64,000 nucleotides of DNA, taken from positions 23,498,001-23,562,000 of the forward strand of contig OZ281495.1 in NCBI GenBank assembly GCA_965637545.1. Reading direction: 5' to 3'. Below, piece by piece: positions 24,451 through 37,400 of the stretch (its first letter is position 1; each line of letters begins with the position of its first letter). Below the pieces are notes generated by a model. That model was not told the origin of the DNA and made no database searches. It saw only the letters and a list, made by a program, of their open reading frames with translations. The stretch comes from Phallusia mammillata (Eukaryota). The position numbers and the translations under genes are program-made.

Positions 24451-26503
24451 TCAGCCGTCAGGTGGCGCACTGGATCCGTCGGAATTTGAACCTCGCGGCT
24501 GGCCCTTGTTCAAACAACTTTTCAAAAGCAAGTTTGCGTTTCGAAGTTCTTCGATCTTTCGCTCTGTTTCTTGCATCCACGTTGCGTATTTTTCGTCCCA
24601 TTCCATTCGAACCTAGACAAAAAGTTCTGTTACGTTTAGTCAGCTTATTTATGTGTCAACTTTTGTTTTCAAACCTTTTTTATCATCTCGTCTTCACTTT
24701 GTAACCAGATGGCTTCTTTCTCGCTCAACTCGTTAAAGAGAGACTCGACTTTTTCCCGCAGCACCACGTTCTCAGACATCAAGTCGTTGGTAAAACTTTC
24801 GCGTCCCCTGACACAAAATTAAAAAGTTCGAAAGAGGAGATGGCACAACAAAGGTATAAATTAGTTTTGTTTGTTAAAATCAAACCCTGCAACAGCAGAT
24901 TCTGTTTGAATAAGGAGTTGACAATGCTATAACTTATGTAATGCATATTAAGTAAAAGCATTTCTACGTAGGTTTATTCTATTTAACCAGGAATTGTACA
25001 CAGGGTTTTTAGATTTTGCCATGCAAATAAAACACATAATGTTTAGTGGTCGGCAACCACCGGGCCGCGCTCCGGTGCCGGTACGTGCGGAGTTTGCTAA
25101 CTTATTCTTTTTCAGGTTAAAAGCTTTGAAACATAATTCGTAGGTGGAAGCGTCTCATTGCGACAAAACAAGATCAAGTTTGACTGTTATGAGCAGTATG
25201 GATGTTTTTATTGCTGAACATTTCTTGTATTTTGAACTGATCAGTCAGCGATAAAACTTCAGTTTTAAAACGGTCCGCAGTTCAAAAAAGGTTGCAGACC
25301 CTGGTATTAGTTACCAATCGCCAATGTTAACCCTTTTCTCTTATCGTTTTGTATAAATACGTGTTTACTTCACCACTAGCAATGGCGACAAATTAAACAA
25401 TGCGCGCCAGACCCGCAATAGAAAAGGGCGTTGTTAGTGTAAGGGCGTATTGTGATAGAATTCGCGTGCAGAAAGGCTAACTTACTTATTCTCAAATCTT
25501 TTATGTTCTTCTTGGGTTGCCTTGATTTCCAGTCTCTCCCGCAAGCGCTCAAGTTCATTGGCGTAGTCATCAGCTAACGCACCCTTTTCGCGTACGCTCA
25601 TGCGCAACCGCTCTAGCTCTGTCACGTGATCGCGTTGGACGTTGGCCACTTCGTTTCGCAACTCTTCGTATTTGAACTTCCACTGGTCGCGGTCCTTAGT
25701 TAAATCTTCCTGCTTTGATTCCAGCTTTTGTAATTGTTTTCGCAATTCATTTGCCTCCTTTTCTGCCTGCAGCCTAGATGCTTCCGAGGTTGCAAGTTTG
25801 CCTTCTAGTTCTTTATACTTCGAGGTCTCCACTCCGGCTGCTCGCCCGAGGTTGGGCTGCCCGACTTCAAGAACCTCACGTTCGCGCTTTATTATCGTGT
25901 TGTTCTTTGCCTTGCGCAGATCGTCCAATCTCTAAAATAAACAAGTGGCATTTGCTTCTTATTGCTTTACAATGGCCCTTGGACATAACACAGTACACCA
26001 AGTACGCAAAATAACAGACAGTATATGGTAAACCAACATCGATATTTCTAACATGGAAAGTCGGGTGTACGTGTATGTAAGCAGTTCAAAATCAATTACT
26101 GGTTCGCCATACATGGGACACCTAACGCATTATGCAATGGAACCACAATAATGACTACGTGCGGATGACTACGCCGGTTCGCAACAGTGCTAATGGCGGC
26201 GTACAATATGAACAGCGTGTTTGTATTTGACGGGGCGAAGCCGTATTCCTGTGTACATGTGGTTTAGCAGCGTGCTTGTCTTTTCCCAACCTAACAGTTT
26301 TGCGCGTTACGGAGTCATAATTGTTGAACCTTTGGCTGTTAAGCGATTATGCGATACTGCAAGGCAAGGTCAAGCAGTTTCAATCAAAAACTTGTTACCT
26401 GTTTAAGGCTTGAGACTTCACCCTCAAGGTCTTTCACCCTTGATTTCAACAAGATAGCATTGTCTTCCTTGGTCTTGGCCATTGGCCTCCTTTGAGTGGA
26501 CAT
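24451..26503 (-). CDS. Uncharacterised coiled-coil protein, 4 coding exons, ~281 aa
   Basis: Exons 26503-26399, 25931-25486, 24807-24675 and 24612-24451 (TGA) have GT-AG boundaries and matching phases. They give MSTQRRPMAKTKEDNAILLKSRVKDLEGEVSSLKQ|RLDDLRKAKNNTIIKREREVLEVG...ELERLRERLEIK...|...LFNELSEKEAIWLQSEDEMIKK|VRMEWDEKYATWMQETERKIEELRNANLLLKS...*. The sequence is E/K/R/L heptad-rich. Confidence 0.85.
25044..25303. mobile_element. hAT-type MITE (same family as 41154-41389), no clear TSD
   Basis: Ends are TAGTGGTCGGCAACC ... GGTTGCAGACCCTG. The first ~50 bp resemble the reverse complement of the right end of the 41154-41389 element. It sits in an intron of the coiled-coil gene. Confidence 0.6.
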
Positions 26504-26812
26504 CGTATGCAAACCAAACTGATTTCAAATGTTAACTTTTTTAAACCTATAAACAACATGATGTATAGGGCTTTATCTAGTTGAACTTACATTTCCACTT
26601 GTTTCAAACGGGCCGACTAAGCACTTTCCTACCTCAAGTATAGCCAGTCGAAACGCCAGAGACTTCACAAAACAAAGCGCTTAGCCCTGTTCAAGTGACT
26701 TGCCGATCGAGTCGTATCTTATCCATTGTCCAAAAAGTTTAACTAAAACAAAAACACGCCATTGCTTTGGGTGAACAATAGCGCGGGATATAAAAGGTTT
26801 GCTACAGTCCAG

Positions 26813-26824
26813 GTCATCAGCAAC
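26813..26824. promoter_or_regulatory. RFX X-box-like motif in the shared upstream region of the head-to-head gene pair
   Basis: GTCATCAGCAAC is one mismatch from GTNRCC-RGYAAC, with a CCAAT at ~26853. Motif match only. Confidence 0.3.
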
Positions 26825-27187
26825 ATAACCGCTAAAAACAAAACTATCCAACCAATCCTGCTTTACCGTAATTTAGTATAGGCCTACTTGCAAATCCAAA
26901 TATTTTTAAAAAGCACTTTGTAGCGTCAAGCTATAGCCTACAGCGTGCCCTAATTTACCTCTGCTCCCTATTACCCAAACAATTTTGTAATTGTGTGCTT
27001 TATACGCTTTTATTATCCACCAACGTCGCTATGGAGCAATATCGAGCACGGCGAGCAAGGAATTTGTTTGGCCAGAGGCAATACGTTTATTGCGTAGCAA
27101 CACATGTGTTGCTAATGTGGATCGTGAGGCCCAAATGCTTAAATGGGGATCTGTTGCAACCTTAGCATTAACAGTTACGGTCTAACC

Positions 27188-27403
27188 CAGTGGTTCTCAA
27201 ACTCGGTTTTCGGGGCCGCATGCGGCTCCCAACTACTTATTTTGCGGCTCGCACCAGACCTCAGAAAACCACCAAACATTGCTATTTTAGCTACCAAAGT
27301 AATAATTTTTAGTGATTTTCTCAAGGTTTCGTTGTTTTGCGGCTCCCTACACACCTAAAAAAATACCATTTGGCCCCGACAATAAAAAAGTTTGAGAACC
27401 ACT
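27188..27403. mobile_element. hAT-type MITE
   Basis: TIRs CAGTGGTTCTCAAACT ... AGTTTGAGAACCACT. The left flank is GTCTAACC and the right flank CTAACC, a partial 8-bp TSD with a small junction deletion. Confidence 0.75.
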
Positions 27404-28463
27404 CTAACCATTGTCTACGCGTGTTGCCAAACTCATTTTGTATTATTCTTTGTTTAGAAATATGACTAACAATGTTAAGATATGTTGACAAAGATGTCTT
27501 TGTAACACATTTTGACCCTGGCGAAAGGGGTTTTGTTCTAACTTTCAAAAACGCAGTGACGCATGATCCGAAACAATCAAACCCTGTGAGCTAATAAATA
27601 ACCAAACCGCGTATGAAAGCTAAGATAGTCAGTGCCTATACTAGATAACCTACATCAGAGGGTGGTCATCAAATGTAATCTTAAAGTTTATTATTTAAAA
27701 ATGGTGTGTTATTGTATTTACCCATGCAAGCTGGCTTAGGCGGATCGTGTTTAAATATTGACCGTGTTAGCTGTCGTGTTAGTGGAAAACTTAAATCAAC
27801 AAGTGTAAGTTAAATTTGTCCTCTCGATAGCGATATAGGGCGCAAGATATAGCTACTTATATGAACGGCAGGGATAGCCAGGAACGGAGCGTTTAATTAT
27901 CAGTAAGTTATAACAAAATAGCACACGCTCTTTGCTTTAGGACTAAATGCAGTGGTGCTTGAAAACACTCAAATAGTTAAGAGCGTGAGTGAATGTGCGC
28001 ACAGCCGATGCCACACAAATGGAGAGTTAAACAAATATATTTTTAAAATTACTCAGTGCAATATGCGGTGAAGACGTATTCATGATATTTAATGGCCATT
28101 TTTTGTAGCATGTATTTAACAAGACAGATTAAAGAGCTTTTGAATGTCGGGTTGGAGCCAAAAGTAACCTAACTTGAATGTAAACACTTTTAACAACTGT
28201 TTTATGTGACGGAACAATAAAGCAGCCAGGCTATCAAATTTCCTTGACGATTATACGAGCTGATTCTTTGGATTACGTTGTCTGTGTGCTAGGGATGTAG
28301 TGAATGACTAATATGTATGAAGTCAGGTTAAGCACATAAAGTTGCAGTCTTGTAGTTCTTTTACAGTTATTGGCCGCAAGGTATGTGTCCACTATTACAC
28401 GTGTTAACCTATTTATGATGTCACAGGTGCAGTTGACTTTATAGTCATTTGAAAACATTGTCC

Positions 28464-31400
28464 ATGACTGCGACTAGAATGGCCAGTCAGCCGTATGGCA
28501 GACATAGGTTGGCTGTATTGCCAGGACTGTCCGGCTCCAAGTCACCAAGTGCAGTGGGTGAAAAGGAGTTTGGGACTGCACTAGCAACGTTAGACGATCA
28601 AACCAGCAATAGGCAACTAGTGCCAATTTCAGCAATACAATCTAAGCAACGTGTACCGCAAATATGGAACGGAAGCAATTCATTGGAAGGACTGAGGTAT
28701 TTCAATTTGATAAAACAGCATAGTTTTAGTTCAGTAAAGAGATTACCTAATAATTTTGTAAAATAAAAAACTTGAAATGTACATTTCTTATTATTACTAG
28801 TTTAGTGTACTGTATTTTTTGTACAGACAAACATTATGCAAACCACTATGTAAATATGACTTTTGTTTGCAATTAGATCACGACAAAGTGATGAAAGTCT
28901 TATCCAAGGTGTTATTAGCCGCGTGGCAACTTTAGAGGAAGCTAATAAAGCTCTGTTGGAAGAGGTATGTGGTTTTGTGTTGACCTAGATAGTAGATAGG
29001 AACCCTGTGCTCGGTGCAAAACTATTTACAGTCCAGAACAGTGGTTCTTAACATTTTTCATTGTAACTAATAGTGATTTAGCATTCTCGCAACCATACTT
29101 AAAAAGCCCTGCTCCACATCTAAATTTATGCACCATTCCGAATGTTGTCATATATGGTCAGGTGTACCGACTACAAAGTAATGCAAGGGCAGCCGAATTC
29201 GGTAAAAAAGAGGCTAACAAAGAGGACAAGAAGGTGCAACGTGACCTAATGGACACTATGCGGTCCAGTAATGATCTCATTAGTCAGCTGACTTCGCGTC
29301 TTCGTCGTGCTGAGGAAAAACTGCACCGAGAAAAGGAGACAGTTCAAAACCTTACTAACCATACAAAGAAGTTGGAGCAGGTCTGGTTTGATTACTGTTT
29401 TTTGTGGCCAAGTACTCATGTTTTTATTATGTAAGGCTTTGCTGAACGTGCAAAAGGAAGGAGACTCTCAAAGAGACACCCAGATGACGCAAGCAAATGA
29501 GCTTCGTCATCGCATTGATGACATATCGAGAAAATGGGAAAGGAGCGACCGAACATCGGAAAATATCGTTGACGAATTTCACCAGCTGAAAAATAAAGTT
29601 GAAATGCAGGTGACGAATCAACCCAGATATATATATTTTTTCTATTAGTGATATTAAACCCTTGTCTGCTCTTGTAGAGCATGGAATTTTCACATTTACA
29701 AACTGAGATTAAGCAACGGTCGAAGCGAATCGAAGACGAAATGAAGCAAGCTGTTCAACAAGCTCGCATGCAGAAAGATACGACCAGCATAGCTGAGCAA
29801 AGTAACCTCCAGTTAAGGTGGCCAACCTTCATTGTTATCACTAAAAAGTTTGTAGTTAGGACTTCTTAGTCGCGAAACTTTCGATATTTGGGATATATTC
29901 TAAAAGTTTTTTGTAACTGAGGTTTGCTGGATAAGCGGTTAACACAAAAAAGCACGCTAAACAATCTTGTTTTTCTTGTCGAAGCTAATTTCTTGGTTAC
30001 GTAGTTTTTAATTTGGGTAGCAATAGAGATCAGTAAAACAGGGGTTTAAAGTGGGTTTAAAGTGGGCAGGCCTTAAAACTAAGGACATTTGGTGAATGCA
30101 TTCAAATTAGCTACAGCGCAACACCACTGTTTGCTTACCACAGTGATTTACGGCGTGTGTAAATACCGAAGGCTGTAAAACACAGGCTACACAGACAACG
30201 ACGCCTTGGCGTTGTATACCGACTGTGTTGACAACCAACATTTCCATTCTGATTTCGTTCTCAGACACCTACTAGAGTCGCGACTTGCTGAAACTCGTGA
30301 TTCCCTGGTGGAGATTCGTAACCGCATTGCACAACGCGAAACAGATGGAAGGTCGCAAGTACAACAGGTAACAAATATTTGCAAAGTTGCGTTTAAAAAC
30401 TATCAAAGTTATTGTTTTTTGACGTAGTTGGCTCTCAAATTATCCGAGCAACAATCTGCTATTAACGATGTGACGCATAGACGGCAGGAAGAACTACAAA
30501 ATCTAGAAAAATCTCGGCAGGAGCATGACCATTCTGAGGCAGGGGAGCGACTAAAGCTGCATAATAAAATACAGGTAAATAATTCCCTGGGTTTAGGAAT
30601 GTTAGGTGGTAATGGATTTGTATTTGCCATTGTAGGCCGCCGTGGAGGAAATGAGCGATAAACTTCTGCAAAAGGAGGTTCGTTTGCGTGAGGAGGCTGT
30701 AAAGAAATTTATCGACGTGGAGAAACTGCTTCAGCGCGAGGAGTCGGCAAGAATCGAGTTTGAAAAGCAATTGCGAAACGAGACCGAAAACAGGTAAACA
30801 GCAGTAGGCAACTTATTTCTTTATTCTTAAAACCTATCCTTTGACAAAGTTTTTGAAGGATGTATGGTGACCAAATCTGGCTAAACTGTAAAAGAATACT
30901 CGATGTTTTTAGGTAATTTATAATTGGTAAAAAAATGAACAATAAGTATAAAATAGACCGTTTACAATACATCTCACAATAATGCGTGCTAACTGTATAA
31001 TTTATATAAACATGTCGATTTTTTAGTTAAATATGGACGAGACCAATTATCATACACATGATGATGGTATTTTAGATACCCTGGTCAAATATCCCACGAG
31101 TTTTGTTTCATTGGCCTGCTGTCAATTTAGGCGTTTTTTCACATTGATGAGAAAGATCAATAAGACTACATTCTTACAGCCGGTCAACTAAAAACACTAT
31201 TCGTAAATACTCCCATTAACAATTGCGCTCGGTCTAGGTGGAACATGCAGCAGAAGATTTACATGGAAGAGATGCAAGCCATGAAGGAGATGAGGAGAAC
31301 GGAGAGGTCGAAGCAAACAGCCAATCAGCGCAGGGTGGAAGAGGACTTTCACCATCTGGAGCGAAAGCTTGCACAGGAAAGGTACAAGTGACAGATTGAG

Positions 31401-34400
31401 ATTTTCTTACACCAGACGACGCGTGGAAGTAATTTTTGCGTGTACCTTTTTAATCAGTTACCATTTACCGCAAAACCTACGTGTTGAGTATAAGCCTGTG
31501 CAGGGTATTTAACCAAGGTTGTAGTACCTGTTTCTACCGGGGTGGCAAGATGCCAAGTCATTTGATTAATTATAGATACTAGTAATTACCTTCCAATAAC
31601 TTACAGTAGGAAGTGCAAGAACTGTCATTTAACTTTAGATGAAAACTACTCATGCTTTGTATTACGTTTTACCACATTTATACATATCTACTGATGACCA
31701 CATGTATATACATTTATGTACCATATCCACACCTAAATATATGTAGTAATTTAACCTGATTGGTTTGATTGTTCTTGCCATCGTGCTTATACTATAAACC
31801 AGAAATAAAACATCACTCAATTCGAAAGTATGTAGTCGCGTGCATGTTTATTCGATCCTTTGGGTAAGTTTGCCACGTTCAAAGTAATCCAAAAGGTTTA
31901 CTTTTAAAGTTACAATGCGTGTTCAGTACGAAAATAAAAAACACGGAGTCTACTGCTTGATAAACAACACAGTTTAGGACGTTCGTTTGTTGTAGAAAAG
32001 CGTTGGAGAAAGTACTGCTTGCTGAGATCACAAAACGCGAGGAGCAGTCGAATCGGACTATTTCACAGGTGGAAGGCGTTCACGACCAACTACGAGTAGC
32101 TGTATCCAGTCTCCAACAAGCTATTGGTGGTCTGCAGTTCCAAGTAGGCAAGGACAAGGACAAAAGCCAAACCGAAGTAAGATTATGAGACCTGGGGGGA
32201 GTTTACAACCGTGTAACTACTTTGTGTGTTTGCAGATTAAACAACGGTTCGTCGAAGCGGAGACAAAGTTTTCAAGAGCATTAGCTGATGCTGATGCAAG
32301 GCTGGGAGCTATAACAGTGCGGCTAACTCAACAGGTCTGTTTTTGACGTCAAAATTTAACAAATGTATCCAATATTGTAATATAATTTCCTATTGCAAGT
32401 GTTAGTTTTTTCTGGGTATAATACGATTTTTGACGCTATATAACGGTACCTAATGAAAAGGTGACATTCATGTCTAAAAATGGCTTCAAAGTTTGCCTAG
32501 TTAGTGTATAAAAAGTATTGTATTCGGTTTTGCTGAAATTTCTTTGCATGTGCAGGAGGAAACCTACGATGCCAAAATGAGTGAATTTCAGTCAAGCGTC
32601 CGGGAACAACATAATGAGTTCGTTCATAACGCAGCTGAGTGGCGAGAAACTATGAGCAAGGACGTTTCCATCATTCAAGACGCTCTGAAAGGTATTTGAA
32701 CGCTGGAAATCATACAAGCGTTAGTGTATGACAGGGCTTACTAACCTGCGACCCTTTCAAGACACTTATACGGCTCCAAGGAAATATCTTTACAAAAAAT
32801 GTTTATCATAGCCTCTATATTAAAAAAAATAATTATGGGTCCCCTTCCCTGAAGGGGACACATATTAATTTTACTCAAAATGTTTGTTTGTTTTTTCTTT
32901 TTTTTTCTTTCATTTTTCTTCTCCCCAAAGTTTGTCCGACTCGTTTTTCCATCAAATCCGTGCTGGATTTGGATGAAATTTACACAGATGGTAGATGTAG
33001 TTATGTAGATGTGCATCCCACTTTGTTTTTGTTCATAACCCCGGTATTTACCCCGCTAGCCCCCTAAAATGGGTATTTTTTCCCCGAAGTTTGTCCGACT
33101 CGTTTTTCCATCAAATGTTTGATGGATGTGGTTGAAACTTATACAGATGGTAGATGTAGTTATGTAGATGTGCATCCCACTTTGTTTTTGTTGATAACCC
33201 CAGTATTCACCCCGCTAGCCCCTTACAATGGGTATTTTCCCCCGAAGTTTGTCCGACTCGTTTTTCTATCAAATGTTTGATGGATTCAGCTGAAATTTAC
33301 ACAGATGGTAGATGTAGTTATGTAGATGTGCATCCCACTTTGTTTTTGTTGATAACCCAAGTATTTACCCCGCTAGCCCCCTAAAATGTTTTTTTTTCTC
33401 CCGAAGTTTGTCTGACTCATTTTGCCATCAAATGCTTGATGGATGTGGCTGAAACTTATACAGATGGTAGATGTAGTTATGTAGATGTGCATCCCACTTT
33501 GTTTTTGTTGATAACCCCAGTATTTACCCCGCTAGGCCCCTAAAATGTTTTTTTCCCCGAAGTTTGTCTGACTTGTTTTGCCATCAAATGCTTGATGGAT
33601 GTGGCTGAAACTTATACAGATGGTAGATATAGTTATGTAGATGTGCATCCCATATTGTTTGTCCGGATAACCCTAGTATTTACCCCACTAGCCCCCTAAA
33701 AGGGGTGAGTTTATAAACAATGTCAGAATTGGCTAAAATTTGGATAGCTTGTAAAGTATGCCAATTATCGCTATTGCGTCATTGCAGTTCGGGGGTTGTT
33801 AACAGCCCTTTGACGTCAGAAACATTAACAGTTGTTGCTCAAAACACCTCTTGTGGTTGAAATTTTAAACGTTGGCAGATTGGACTGAAATTTTGCAGTA
33901 CTATTGGTTGAGTCATTGTGGTTTCCTTCGTTTAAGTTTGTGTGTGTTGAACCTCAATTAGTTATCCTACTTACTCATTGTTATCTATTGAAATGCATTA
34001 TCTACAACTTTGCATGTGTGGGGACCCATGCGTTTTTGCTTGCAGAAACAACCAAGGTTATAAAAGACGATGGCTAATATGGGACCCAATATAAATAAGT
34101 GTTGGAAATATAATAATGTTTCAAAATATGCTATAGTGTATGTGCAAGGGCAATATGTGCTAAGCCACCCTTCTAGTTCAAGTATTAATTTTATTTTCAT
34201 CTAGGAAATAGCTCCAATAGTGCCACGTTTTTATGATTCTCTAAACATTTAAAGGTTGGCACCATCCTGGTACATATTTTTAAGTTTGTACACATAAAGA
34301 ATATTTATCACTTCCTAAAACGTAATGCGATATCTGAACTATAGTTGTCACGTTAAAAATGCCATATTTGGTTGGGTAATAAGTAAACCAAAACCCTATT

Positions 34401-37400
34401 GTGTTTTCATACGACGGCAAACTTATAGGTTTAAAAGCTGCTTAAATTACAGTTTAATGGGTAAGTGTGGCGTAAAGCTTTTTTATGTGTTATGAAATTG
34501 TTCCTTTTACATAGAACTTCCACAAGAACTGCGTGAAACACAGGAGCGATTGACCCTGCTCAAGAACGACTACGAGACGAAAAATTCCCTGGATAACGAA
34601 AGTCGAATGAAGGAAGGCGACGTCATCAAGCGCCAACTGCAACAGATGACTCAGCGGATTGAGGAGAATGACGTTGCAACTATCGAGGAACGAAACCGAA
34701 TCGAAAAAGTTCATAGGGAGCTAATTGGATCACAGGGAAAGATTGCACAGGCATGTTGTTTTTATTGTGACAAATGTTTTATTTTTAGCTACATATTTTT
34801 TGCATGGTATTAAATCCAACCTTTGTGGTTTCCTTTGAAACTCCTTTGAAGTGGCATTGGTCGAGCATAAGGATGAATTTGAAAAACCGACACCTAAATC
34901 ATGTTTCTTTGTCTTTTTGACCCCATTTTTGTCATTTTGTCCCTTTTTGTCTAAGTGTATTAAACAAATAAATTATTGGTGCTTTACCTGACAAGTATAA
35001 AACTCAAAAACAGTTTTTCGACATTTCAATTGAAACAAAGGCTTATATAGTGATGTGCGGATAAAACAGAACATGTTCCATGGGTAGTAAATATACTACT
35101 GTATACTAAGACGATTTGAAAAACACCGGTGTCTCACTTTCTACTTTATCAGGTTGAGCGCTTCCTCAATGACGCGCGTTCGACCCTGACCGTTCGACTC
35201 AACTCGGAGACCAAAATGCGTTTGGAGGAGACCAGCTCAATCAAGCGTGACCTGGCGCGGCTTAAGATCGAGATCCAACCGTTTCTATGGCAACAAAGCA
35301 CGCAAACACGACAGTTTGTGAAGAAGCCAACATCTGTGTTGAACGAGTGGGGCATATATCAATGCGCAAGGTAAGGATATATTCAATGTTTCAGGACTGG
35401 TGTCTTATTGCAAAATCGAGCAATGTAGTGTAGGAACAATATGATTCCAAATGTGTCAGTTTATTAGGGCCTACACAGTACGCCAGGCCTATTGAAGGTG
35501 TTGTGCTAAAACAGCCGGTCACCACAAACATACCTATGTATGTAATGGCATAGGCGAGAAACATCCTGCGGTGGGATTCAAACACACGACAGGAGCTTTT
35601 CCCGGACTTGCACTGTACCAACTGAGCTGCATAGACTCAGTGGTAATTCAGTCGAATCACAATCACCTGCCTTGTAAGCTGTACATGTCAGCTTCGTAGA
35701 AGGGAATCGTCAGTTCGACCACTAATCAGTTATGATAAATATAAAATGAATACTGGTATCAGACCTAAAGCGTTCATGCATATCAGCGATCGCAGTGTAT
35801 CGAAGGCCTTATACGAAATCAGCGGGTCACCAAACATGAGCCACACGCTCCTAAATTAATGCTGGTTCAATTCATCTGCTTTTTTAGGTGGTATGACATC
35901 AAGATGCGCTGGCTTCGGTTGCTGGACAGGAAACGAACAAGGCCAGTTCCCACCAAGTCGCCAGAGAGAAACTTCTTTTCTGAAGCGACACCCCCCAGCC
36001 GAAGTTCAGCTCCTTTTCCACCAAGCGGTCCTGGAACACCAGCCTCAGTTCGATCAGTTGATCCTAGACGGAGATCATTAACGGCTGAGTCGCAAGGACA
36101 AACTCCCGTAGAAAGCCCGAATCGGAGCAGATTATCGGTAGGATCTGTAATTTATTTTCGTCAGGGTAAATAAGACTGAATGCGAGAAATTGACGTACTT
36201 TTTATTTCATGTGTGTGGCCAAGTTTTATTCATGTTTGGAATGTTTGTCTGCCTCTAGACCTTAGTCCCAATTAAGTTATTGCAAAATAATAATGATTTA
36301 CTTGTTCATCCCTAAAATATTTTTTTATTCCAACTTGAACAAGTATATTTATGTTTTGCACATGTTAGACAAGTAAAGTATGATTATACAAGTTATAAAG
36401 TACTGCGCTATCAATGTAATGCGATTATGTTTTACACAAATTAATATCAATATAAAACTCATTTCCATAGTTGAATCCGGCTCTTTACACCATCGTATGA
36501 TACTATCACTATTTTTTAACCACCTCATAGGATGATGAGGAAGAGGACGAACGTATTATGGAAAGTCCGGATGCTCCCTTGGATGTGGACAATATCATCG
36601 GTGAGATATCCGGAGATGAGGAGGTACGTCCAACAGAGAGCAACATCCAAGCACAGCCGGCTTGGTACAACCAGGATCACCCGGGAGTGGAAGATGACGG
36701 CGAATCAGAAGAGGTTGACCCTGCTCGTAGTATCCATGGCAACAGCGGTCTTCCGACACCACAAGGCTCGGAACCACAGCGCGAAAACAGTCGACAACAG
36801 CAAGGTATGTGAATCCATCGTACACAAATTAGGTTAAACTTTTTTTAAACTCTGTTTCTTTGTCGTCGTGCATACAGGTAAAGCTACCAACATAAGAACT
36901 CACACTAGAAACGGTTTGCTAAAGATAGATAGAGGGCGTAAAGAACGCAGTTATTTAAATTAAGAGTGAGACTGGGATAGTGTTAGGGACTAAAATTAAC
37001 ATAAAGTTTTTAGGTTGATGTTATTGCTATTATTATTATGAAACCTCAGACTAACCCTAATAGCCCTAACCGTCAGCATTTTTTTCACGGGGTTCGAACC
37101 CAGGATTCTCCCGGGGACAAATTCCGATCAAGGTTTTTTTTTATTTCTGTATTTGGGTCAGGCGCGCTGGACCATTCCGCCAAGTTCCTGCCCTGTCAGC
37201 ATTTTTTTTACAAGATTTTTTTATTGCGCATAAACATCACGACAAAAAGACGATTATAACGAGCAAACACATATAGCCATTAGCGCAGGTGGGCATTCCA
37301 CTTCACTCTATATTTCCACATAGTATCATTTTTTCGAGAAACAAATTTTTCATTGCACTTACAACGTTTCATCTCATAAACAAACATTTCCACCTTTGGC

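Noticed and set aside
37051-37070. CTAACCCTAA telomere-like motif
   Set aside because: Fewer than two intact TTAGGG units; too short to call an interstitial telomeric repeat.
37084-37191. Possible functional tRNA gene
   Set aside because: A and B boxes are present, but there is no pairing acceptor stem or clear anticodon arm, and it has an A-rich insert and A-tail. Called SINE-like instead.
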